This document shows positions 56,359 to 64,000 of a stretch of 64,000 nt of DNA, piece by piece (the stretch's first letter is position 1; each line of letters opens with the position of its first letter). The translations under genes and the position numbers were made by a program. A model generated the notes under the pieces. It worked only from the letters and a program-made list of their open reading frames with translations, had not been told where the DNA came from and searched no databases. Location: NCBI GenBank assembly GCA_050253415.1, contig JBFWJC010000001.1, positions 712,679-776,678 of the forward strand. Direction: 5' to 3'. This DNA is from Pedobacter sp. (GTDB lineage Bacteria > Desulfobacterota > Desulfuromonadia > Desulfuromonadales > Syntrophotaleaceae).

Positions 56359-58620
56359 TTACATGGCTTTCAGCAGCTTCACCGTTTCACGGGCCGCTTT
56401 GCGCGGATCGAGACCGGTGTTGGAAATACCGGAAATAACCTTGGTCACATCATGGTCGACGGTACCGGCGGCCCAGGTGGCCGGGGCAACACGGGTCATG
56501 TAGACCGAGTAGGCATGATGACCGCTACCCGGGCGTTCGCCGATGATGTGGATGATGGCCTTGGGAGTCGTGGCGGGATCCGTGAACAGGATGTCGCCGG
56601 CCTGATATCCAGCGCGTACGCGGCCGCTGGTTACCACGATGTTTTCCTTGGCCACGGTCCAGCCGGCCTTGGCCAGTTCAGACTTCAGCTCATCCATGTA
56701 AGGCATGAGATGGTCCTCGTCCATGAGCGCCTTGGCGTTCAAACCATCGGAAAGAACGATCTGTACATCCGGAGCTTTACCGCCCCAGGCGGCCCGCAGT
56801 TTATTGAGGGTTGCCACGGAGGCGTCATTGAATTCCTCGCCAGTGCTCGGATGCGCGACATAGTCTTCCCGGTCGGCCGATTTGGTCTGCAGCGTCACGG
56901 CGTTGGGGATGGAGGCGATGAATTCAGGAGTGAACTCGGCCCACAGACTGACCTTGGCGTCGTCATACAGGGCATGCATCTCCTGGTTGGTTTTCGGATT
57001 CAGATCCCAGATGTTTTTGCCAAACCCGATGGCCAGGGGTACGCCGCGAGCCTGAACTTCATCCACCTTCTTCTGACCTTCGGCGTAGATCTCCTTCATG
57101 CTGCGGGTATCGCCTTTGGCCAGGCGGTACTGATAGTAGACCCAGATGGGATCGCCAAAATGTTCAGTCGGTTTGCCGTTGGCGTCGATGACCTTGATTT
57201 TCTTGAAGAAGTTCCACATGTCATCGTTAACTTTGAAACCGAATTTTTCGCGCAGGCGCACATGGTCCTGGTAACCCGTGGTCAGGTAGCTGAGCATCGG
57301 GTCGTTTTTGGTCGGCAGCGCCATCAGGTAGCCGGGGTTGGCCGGGGCGATCTGGTCCTGGCACCAGTCGAGGTCGTCCAGGGTAACGGGCATGTGCAAG
57401 GTGGAGCAGATATCGAGGCCGATGATCAGGCCATGCAGTTTGCCCATGGCGATGTCTTCCAGACAGGTGCGGACCAATTGCTCGCGGGTTTTGAAGACTT
57501 CGGGACCGATGAAACCGGCTACGTCGTTGACATGACACCAGGCACCCTGGCCGTCGGTCTGGGCGGCTGCAACCTGCTGTTTGAGTGCGCGGGCGAAGCC
57601 GTATTTGCGCGATTCATGCACGACCATGTCAAAGCCTTTGCCATGGCCGTTGGTGAAGTCGGCACCCTGGCCGGTTTCATGATACAAACCGTATTTGCCG
57701 GTGCGCATTCTCGCGTAATTCATCATTTTTTCCAGGGTCAGGTCGAAAGTCTTGTTGGCGTCGACTACGCCGGCCAGACTCTGGAACCAGATCGCGGTGG
57801 ACCCGGGGTTGTTCTTTTCAACCTCGGCCTGCACATCGATGTGCGACAGCACGCACCAGGGGTTGTACTTGTCGACGCCGAAGGTCTGCATGACGTCGCG
57901 CAGGGCCAGTTCGATGTTTTCGATGTTCTGCGGTTGGCTGTCAACGGGGTTGTTGCCGACCACGATGTCGCCGACGGCATAGGAGTAGGCGTCAAAGGTC
58001 TGCCAGACGATGTCGTCGAGATTGTCGGTCGGCGAGTTGGGCTGGATGCGGGCGCTAATGTAGCCTTTGGCGCCGATTTTGGAACCGGGCAGGGGGTTGA
58101 AGACCGTCTGGCCGATTCTGGTCAGTTCGTCGTTGGACATCATTTTGACCACGTTGGCGATGATATCGCTGTGCAACCCGTACATGATGCTCTTGATCTG
58201 GGCTTCGGACTTGGTCAGGAGAAAGTTTTTCAGTTCACCCATGGTCCAGTTTTTGACTTTGTTGTACTGGGCCATGTCGGTGGTGTTGGTGATGAGTTCG
58301 TACTGCGCATCCAAAAACAAGGGCTTGTCCACCAGATCCTTGATTTTGGTGTTGGCCATGAGTTTGCGGGCATTTTCACGGCTGGCATCGTCATCGGCCG
58401 CTACGCCGATGGCCTCATCGCCTTCCTTGAAGGAGTTGGCGGCCCCGACCACTTGTTGGTAAAGGGTCTGGTCAAATTGACCTTTGGCCCGCGTAACGTA
58501 GGCGAATATGTCTTCGCCCGGTTTGACGTCGCGGATGGCGACCGCTCCGGCCAGGCTCGCCACAAAAGTCAGGGCCAGGCCAAACGTGATGCCGTACAGC
58601 AATTTTGCGTTGAGTTGCAT
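56359..58620 (-). CDS. eutBC: Fused ethanolamine ammonia-lyase with signal peptide, copy 2
   Basis: Same EutB and EutC motifs as copy 1; N-terminus MQLNAKLLYGITFGLALTFVASLAGA; RBS GGAGG. Confidence 0.92.
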   Translation of the reverse strand: MQLNAKLLYGITFGLALTFVASLAGAVAIRDVKPGEDIFAYVTRAKGQFDQTLYQQVVGAANSFKEGDEAIGVAADDDASRENARKLMANTKIKDLVDKPLFLDAQYELITNTTDMAQYNKVKNWTMGELKNFLLTKSEAQIKSIMYGLHSDIIANVVKMMSNDELTRIGQTVFNPLPGSKIGAKGYISARIQPNSPTDNLDDIVWQTFDAYSYAVGDIVVGNNPVDSQPQNIENIELALRDVMQTFGVDKYNPWCVLSHIDVQAEVEKNNPGSTAIWFQSLAGVVDANKTFDLTLEKMMNYARMRTGKYGLYHETGQGADFTNGHGKGFDMVVHESRKYGFARALKQQVAAAQTDGQGAWCHVNDVAGFIGPEVFKTREQLVRTCLEDIAMGKLHGLIIGLDICSTLHMPVTLDDLDWCQDQIAPANPGYLMALPTKNDPMLSYLTTGYQDHVRLREKFGFKVNDDMWNFFKKIKVIDANGKPTEHFGDPIWVYYQYRLAKGDTRSMKEIYAEGQKKVDEVQARGVPLAIGFGKNIWDLNPKTNQEMHALYDDAKVSLWAEFTPEFIASIPNAVTLQTKSADREDYVAHPSTGEEFNDASVATLNKLRAAWGGKAPDVQIVLSDGLNAKALMDEDHLMPYMDELKSELAKAGWTVAKENIVVTSGRVRAGYQAGDILFTDPATTPKAIIHIIGERPGSGHHAYSVYMTRVAPATWAAGTVDHDVTKVISGISNTGLDPRKAARETVKLLKAM

Positions 58621-58737
58621 GTGACACCTCCATTGTTCGGGTGAACCACAGGGTCTGTGATTTTCTTAGGGTTACCCTGTGTGTCAGTTCGCGTACACGG
58701 ATAGAGAAGATCGTCTAACGGAGATGATGCCAAAATT

Positions 58738-59847
58738 CTATTCCCGGTGTTTTTTCGCCTCCTCCCACATATCGTTGAACGCTTTTTCTGTCTCCTCGCT
58801 CATGACCCGCCATAAGGCGACGGTCTTGAAATAGTTTTCGTCTCCTACGTGGAACATGGTTTTTTCCTTGTCGTCAAGCAGGTCGCCCACATCGGCGATG
58901 ACCGGCGAGACACCTTGCGCTTTGACCACGTCAGCCTGCCGCACCGGATCAAGCATGAAGTTGATCCATTCCTCGGCCAGGGTTTTGGTCATGCCCTTGG
59001 CGCCGGCGCCGATGTACCAGCAGTCGATCCAGGCGGTACCGCCTTCCTGGGGGCTGGCCAACAGCCAGTTACCTCCTTTGAGGTTGGCCTGGGCGGCGGC
59101 AAAACCCCAGGTGGTTGCCAGCGACAGTTCCGGAAACTCATCCGGATTGGCGGCTCCATCCCACAGGCTTTTGGCATTTTTGGCGAGTACGTTGAGTTGT
59201 TGCTGAACTTTGTCCCGATCAAGACGCTCGATGTCGAAGATGTCGGCATAGCCGTAACCGAGAGCCAGCGCCGTGATCCAGACATTAACCTTGGGGAAAT
59301 TATTGTTGATGGTGTATTTGCCGGCGTACCGGGGTTCCCACAGGATGTTCCAGCTGTCCGGGGCTTCAGTGACCTGGTCCAGGTTGTAGGCCAGGCCGTA
59401 GGGGCCGCAATTGTAGGGAACGCCGTAGCGCTGACCGGCAAAAATCGGGGTGGTGTCGTCACGGAACACCGGCATCATGTTTTTGAGGTTGGGGATATTG
59501 TTGATATCCACCGGCTGCAGGTAAGGAGTCTCCTCGGAATAAGCATAAAAACGCGGGATTTTCGGCAGTTCGATGGGGGGCGAGATCAGATCCGCCGTGT
59601 TGTCTTTTACCGCCATGAAGAACTCGTCCTGATCCGTAGGATTGGCGATCAACACTTCGACATCGACCTGGTACTTATCCTTGATCAGTTTCTGGAAATC
59701 GGCCACATAAGGTTTGGCATAGCCGCTCCAGCATGTAATACGCAACGTTTCTTTTTTGGCCTTACTGCAACCCGGAGCCAGTGCCAGGCCGATGGCGACC
59801 AGGCCCAGGATGCCGAAAAGCGGTACCTGCCAAAATGCTTTTCTCAT
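58738..59847 (-). CDS. PotD/PotF-like solute-binding lipoprotein, copy 2
   Basis: Lipobox APGC; paralog of 28083-29201; ATG 59847 after AGGAGG. Confidence 0.85.
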   Translation of the reverse strand: MRKAFWQVPLFGILGLVAIGLALAPGCSKAKKETLRITCWSGYAKPYVADFQKLIKDKYQVDVEVLIANPTDQDEFFMAVKDNTADLISPPIELPKIPRFYAYSEETPYLQPVDINNIPNLKNMMPVFRDDTTPIFAGQRYGVPYNCGPYGLAYNLDQVTEAPDSWNILWEPRYAGKYTINNNFPKVNVWITALALGYGYADIFDIERLDRDKVQQQLNVLAKNAKSLWDGAANPDEFPELSLATTWGFAAAQANLKGGNWLLASPQEGGTAWIDCWYIGAGAKGMTKTLAEEWINFMLDPVRQADVVKAQGVSPVIADVGDLLDDKEKTMFHVGDENYFKTVALWRVMSEETEKAFNDMWEEAKKHRE

Positions 59848-59989
59848 GATGATCCTCCTGCTGTTTCGGTGTTCGGGGTTCATGGGTGCCGTGGCTTGTT
59901 GCCTGGCCGGCACGAGGTCTCGGCCGGTCAAACGTTTGCGGCGGGGAGGACGTCCTCCCCGCCGGAGATAAAAATTAAAAAGCCTTTGG

Positions 59990-60727
59990 CTAGAAGGTGA
60001 AGGTCAGGTTGAGCGCTGCCGCCGTCTCGGTGTCGATAAGGTCCTTGGCGGCACTGCTGATCGGCGATGAGAAAATAAAGATCGGGCTGATGGTCAGCTG
60101 GTCGGTCAATGCGTAATCGAGGCTGGCACTCAGCTCATAGTTATGCCACCCGGCGTAGTCGGCTACGGTGCCATCGGCATGCTGGTTGTAGGAAATCAGG
60201 GCGCCGAGATTCAGGGTGGTTTCGGGAATCCACTGAGTAAGGTCGAAGCTATGGCCAACGTCAAAGCTGAAGAACAGGCCGTCTTCTTCAGCGCGGTCCC
60301 AGTCGTAGGAAATTTTCAGGTTCGGCGAGAGCAGGGTGTTGACGGTGAAGGTAACGAACAGCTCGTTGGTGTCCTCCCCTTCGATCATGTACCAGATATC
60401 GCCGACCGACATGGAAATCATGTCGCCCAGATCAAATGCATAGGTCAGGATAACGTCGGTTTCGTTGAGTTCCCCGGAATCCCAGTTGGGACCGCTGGTC
60501 AACTGCCAGTTGTGCCAGGTGCTGAGGGTAAATCCGCCGCCGAGAGTCAGGTCGATGCCGCCCTGGATGGTCGGGCGGGAGTCACTCAGATTAAATCCAC
60601 GCCACATGTACTTGTCCCAGAGGCCGACGTAGGCATCGCCTTCGACCTCGATTTTTGCCTGGGCGGTGGTTGCCAGCCCGGCACACAACACGAACATCGC
60701 AACAAACAACACACTCCACTTTTTCAT
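59990..60727 (-). CDS. Outer-membrane beta-barrel / putative porin, copy 2
   Basis: Same length (738 nt) as, and highly similar to, 29372-30109; ends LTFTF. Confidence 0.8.
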   Translation of the reverse strand: MKKWSVLFVAMFVLCAGLATTAQAKIEVEGDAYVGLWDKYMWRGFNLSDSRPTIQGGIDLTLGGGFTLSTWHNWQLTSGPNWDSGELNETDVILTYAFDLGDMISMSVGDIWYMIEGEDTNELFVTFTVNTLLSPNLKISYDWDRAEEDGLFFSFDVGHSFDLTQWIPETTLNLGALISYNQHADGTVADYAGWHNYELSASLDYALTDQLTISPIFIFSSPISSAAKDLIDTETAAALNLTFTF

Positions 60728-61132
60728 TGTCATTACCTCCATGTTCAGCATGAAAGGTTGCCAAACTATCCAGGAACCTTCCCGGAGTTTGTGCAACCGC
60801 TTAAAAACAGGTGATCCCTCCGTTTTGCCGAAAAAAGTCGGCCAATTCAATAAGGCATGCAGAGATACGAACGTTTGGTTCATGGCGAAGGACGGTGCCA
60901 AAATGGGTTCGGGACATGGGGCTGCGAACCAATTGGTGACGAATCCCTCGTTTAATGTGTGGAAACTTAAAAGCTGGCTACCCCGGATTTATGAGGGTGA
61001 CCAGCAGTTTCGATACAATCAAAAAGTAACACAGAGTTGGAAGGTTGCAAGGATTTGAGCTGAATATCAACCAAAAGTAACTATAGGATTTGCAAGAAAA
61101 ACGGTAGGCATGAAAGGAGGTGAATGAGAAGG

Positions 61133-62830
61133 TCAGATTTCGATTTCTTTGACCTGTATGGCCGAGCCGGGACGGGTCAGGTAGACAAACAGCAGCACGG
61201 TGCGAAGGGTTTCCTTGCCGGGGAGTCTGGAAAACACACAAGCCAGGTGCTGGAGTTTGATCCCCTGTCCTTTGATGCTCTCGGTTTCGAGGCGTACATG
61301 CTCGCGTACGCGCTCCTGCTCGTCGGGACGCAGGTCGAGGTTGAGGAATTCCGGAGCGTGGGCGGGAGCCACTCTTTCGACCCGGACAAAGTCACGGGCC
61401 AGGGCCTCCTGCAGTGGTGGAAGCTGTAGTGGATCGCAAGCGTGCTGGATAAAATTCCAGCATTCATCGAACAGGGAACGCTGGGACATCAGGCGGCGGA
61501 ACAGCCCCTGACTGCGCCAGAAAGTTTCCAGAGCCCTTAACGCAGCCGAAAGGCTTCCGTGAAGCATCGAAAGCTGTTCAAGGAATTCCTGCAGCCGCCC
61601 CGAGTTCCAGGTCAGGTCCAGCAGTCGGCCGATGCCGCGCAGACCCTCAAGTTCCTCAAAAGTCAGGTCGGGAGTGGCAAGAACACCGTAGGGTGGATGG
61701 GGGTCGAAGCGCAGTCCCAGGGCGGCGGCATCGCGTCGCAGTGGGGCGCCGGGCAGCAATTTTACTGGTTCCAATTGCAGATGGTGAGGGCGCAGGGCCA
61801 TGACCCGGTCGACCGATTGCAAAAAGGAGTCGCTCCCCTGGCCGGGCAGCCCGGCGATCAGGTCAAGATGCAGGTGAATGTTGCCCGACCGGCAGAGGCG
61901 TCGGACATTAGCTTCCAGTTTTTCCAGGGAGGTTTCGCGTCCGATGGCTTCGAGGGTTTCCGGCAGGGTGGACTGTACGCCAATCTCGAACTGGAATATC
62001 TCGTCGGGGACCTGTTCCAGCAACGACAGCGTAGCATCGTCCAGCAGGTGAGCGCCGATCTCGAAATGGAACCGGCTGACGCGGTTGTGCTCCAGAATGA
62101 AACGGAAGATGTCGCGGGCACGCGCAGCATCGTAATTGAAGGTGCGATCCACCAGCTTGATGGTAGGAACCTCGTGCTGCATCAGCCAGAGCAGGTCGGC
62201 CCGGATGCGTTGCATGGAATAGGAGCGCACCCGGGTGTCGAGAGCACTCATGCAGAAGGAGCAGCGGTAAGGGCAACCACGACTGGTTTCAAGGTAGACC
62301 AACCCGCGCGACAGGTCGACCAACTCCAGCAGATAAGGCGACGGGATGTCGTCAAGGTCGGTCAACAATGGGCCGTCTGGACCGGATTGCACGTTTTCGC
62401 CGTCTCGCCAGCTGAGCCGTGGAATGCCGGCGGGCCGATGCCCCTGCTGCCAGGCGTCGAGTAGTGCCCGCAGCGGGAGTTCACCCTCGCCATGCACCAG
62501 CGCGGCGATACCGGGGTGGCGCTCAAACAGTTGCGGACCGTCGAAGGACACCTCGGGGCCGCCCAGCACCACCCGCAGACCGGGCCGGGCCACGGCCAGG
62601 GCATCGGCCAGTTCCAGTGTGGCGGTGCGGTTCCAGATGTAGACGGAAAACGCCACCACGTCAGGTTGCTCGGCCAGCAGTGCCGCCAGCACCGTCTCTT
62701 TCGGTTCGTGGACCGTGAACTCCCGGATGAGCAAGGCCGGTTGCGACTGACGGCAATAAGCCGCAAGCAGTGGCAGAGCCAGGCTGGCATGAATGAATTT
62801 ACTGTGAAGGGTCGACAGGATAACGCGCAT
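61133..62830 (-). CDS. B12-binding-domain radical SAM protein (DUF4080-type architecture)
   Basis: KFIHASLAL, FSVYIWN, LGGPEVS, GEGE, ETSRGCPYRCSFCMS, VDRTFN, EIGVQS, HLDLIAGLP. Confidence 0.88.
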   Translation of the reverse strand: MRVILSTLHSKFIHASLALPLLAAYCRQSQPALLIREFTVHEPKETVLAALLAEQPDVVAFSVYIWNRTATLELADALAVARPGLRVVLGGPEVSFDGPQLFERHPGIAALVHGEGELPLRALLDAWQQGHRPAGIPRLSWRDGENVQSGPDGPLLTDLDDIPSPYLLELVDLSRGLVYLETSRGCPYRCSFCMSALDTRVRSYSMQRIRADLLWLMQHEVPTIKLVDRTFNYDAARARDIFRFILEHNRVSRFHFEIGAHLLDDATLSLLEQVPDEIFQFEIGVQSTLPETLEAIGRETSLEKLEANVRRLCRSGNIHLHLDLIAGLPGQGSDSFLQSVDRVMALRPHHLQLEPVKLLPGAPLRRDAAALGLRFDPHPPYGVLATPDLTFEELEGLRGIGRLLDLTWNSGRLQEFLEQLSMLHGSLSAALRALETFWRSQGLFRRLMSQRSLFDECWNFIQHACDPLQLPPLQEALARDFVRVERVAPAHAPEFLNLDLRPDEQERVREHVRLETESIKGQGIKLQHLACVFSRLPGKETLRTVLLFVYLTRPGSAIQVKEIEI

Positions 62831-63018
62831 GGCCGCCAGCATAACGAAGGATGCTTCGCGAGAAAAGGGGAAAATCACTGCCGCCAGCACTTAAGGGTGA
62901 ATGCCTGTTTTAGTGAGGCCGGTTCGACCTCCATGATCTAAACCATTTTCATGGCTACCTTGTTAACGTGTCCTTCGTGTCCTCACCTGTTGACTGAAAA
63001 CCTCAAGATACTGTTCTT

Positions 63019-63099
63019 ACAGGGATACTCAGGATAGATAGGATGAAGATCCACGGCTTTGGGGTTAGGATTTATCCTGATCATCCTGAATATCCCTGT
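63019..63099. repeat. Palindromic element built from ~9-bp AGGAT repeats
   Basis: ACAGGGATA.TCAGGAT..TAGGAT mirrored by ATCCTGA..ATCCTGA.TATCCCTGT. Confidence 0.7.
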
Positions 63100-63258
63100 T
63101 CGTAGTGGCTTTGTCATTATCGGAACAGGTTCGCAAGTTTCGTGGTAATGACAGGATATTTCCCCATGCAACAGGGGACTATTCCCTCCGTCGACATGAT
63201 TATGGTATGCTTGGCGGTCTAAGTGACTATCGCACCGACAGAAAAGGAAATTTATAGC

Positions 63259-64000
63259 ATGAAACGCAAGAAGACCATCCTGGCCGTGGTGGCGGACGCC
63301 TCCGGTGAAGTATTTGAACATCCCGATCTGCTCATGGTCGGCATGAACGGTTCCCATGCCCGGCCGCCGCGTTCGGAAGAACTGATCCCTCTGCCGCCAG
63401 GCAGCCGTCTTTTCACCATCCCCGACACCCCCCCCATCGGATTGGACGGCCGCAACAAACGCATGGTTACCTTGCGCAAATTGCCGCGTCATTACGGTGG
63501 CGGCAAGGCTCAGGCAGTGTCGGCGTTTTTGACGCCGGGCTATACCCGAACCCTGTTGCCGGCCGCAAGCTACGGGGATAAACAGGTGCAATTGCCCCTG
63601 TGGTCCTATACGGCTGTGGGTTGGTGCGTCGAGGAAGAGCGCTTTTACGCGGCAGCGGTGCGCGTCGACCGCAACACCCAGTGGGAGCCGGATCATTTCG
63701 ATGATCGCAAACTCGATCCCCTGGTCAAGAAGGCCTTGCGCGAGCATCCCGACAACCGACTGCTCGAGCAGTTGGCCCGCTGCGCGCTGGACTATCACTG
63801 TTTCGCCGCCAAGAACCTGTTTTTCCGTCGCTGGGAAGCGCCGCTGCCGACCTCGCCGGTGTGCAATGCCCACTGCCTCGGCTGCATCTCCTTGCAGGAA
63901 GCCCCGGAGTGCTGCCCCTCCAGCCAGGATCGCATTACCTTTGTGCCGACGGTTGAAGAGCTTTGCCAGATTGCCGTGCCGCATCTCGAGCAGGCGGAAA
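63259..64000 (+). CDS. Radical SAM protein, 5' part; runs off the window edge
   Basis: Not in the ORF track. MKRKKTILAVVADASG...LPLWSYTAVGW...CFAAKNLFFRRWEAPLPTSPVCNAHCLGCIS (CxxxCxxC); RBS AAGGA. Confidence 0.88.
   Translation, partial: MKRKKTILAVVADASGEVFEHPDLLMVGMNGSHARPPRSEELIPLPPGSRLFTIPDTPPIGLDGRNKRMVTLRKLPRHYGGGKAQAVSAFLTPGYTRTLLPAASYGDKQVQLPLWSYTAVGWCVEEERFYAAAVRVDRNTQWEPDHFDDRKLDPLVKKALREHPDNRLLEQLARCALDYHCFAAKNLFFRRWEAPLPTSPVCNAHCLGCISLQEAPECCPSSQDRITFVPTVEELCQIAVPHLEQAE

Noticed and set aside
60884..60900. TGGCAC-containing sigma54-like site upstream of eut module 2
   Set aside because: GG-to-GC spacing is 11 rather than the strict 10 nt.
62983..63984. 333-aa minus-strand ORF at the window end
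   Set aside because: Shadow of the plus-strand radical SAM gene that starts at 63259.

Overview
GC-rich chromosomal window from an anaerobic Desulfobacterota bacterium. Gene content and intergenic repeat style suggest Desulfuromonadia, a Pelobacter/Syntrophotalea-like organism; this is inference. From left to right it contains: a partial sigma54-controlled ammonium transporter; sdh/frdCAB; an mlaEFD-A-C operon; a B12-riboswitch-controlled btuB-tonB pair; and a Moco/Tuco-RNA-controlled aldehyde:ferredoxin oxidoreductase plus a MoaD-like protein. Next comes a ~46 kb minus-strand ethanolamine/cobalamin super-cluster, then two radical SAM genes. In the super-cluster, two paralogous modules flank a riboswitch-controlled anaerobic cobalamin operon. 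Each module is porin, solute-binding lipoprotein, fused EutB-EutC ethanolamine ammonia-lyase with a Sec signal peptide, and an unknown 6-TM protein. One module continues into a Btu-like ABC transporter and a MoxR/vWA cassette whose gene order matches mxaRSACKL, the maturation genes for periplasmic methanol dehydrogenase. Together these suggest a microcompartment-free, periplasmic B12-radical enzyme with dedicated cofactor delivery and maturation machinery. The cob operon also hides a 33-aa peptide gene missed by the ORF track (CbpA-like), with its SPASM radical SAM maturase, a lipoprotein CbiK and a Gate-domain membrane protein. It is interrupted at five sites by a family of ~480-530 bp structured non-coding repeats. 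All product calls come from motif recognition by eye; no searches were run.
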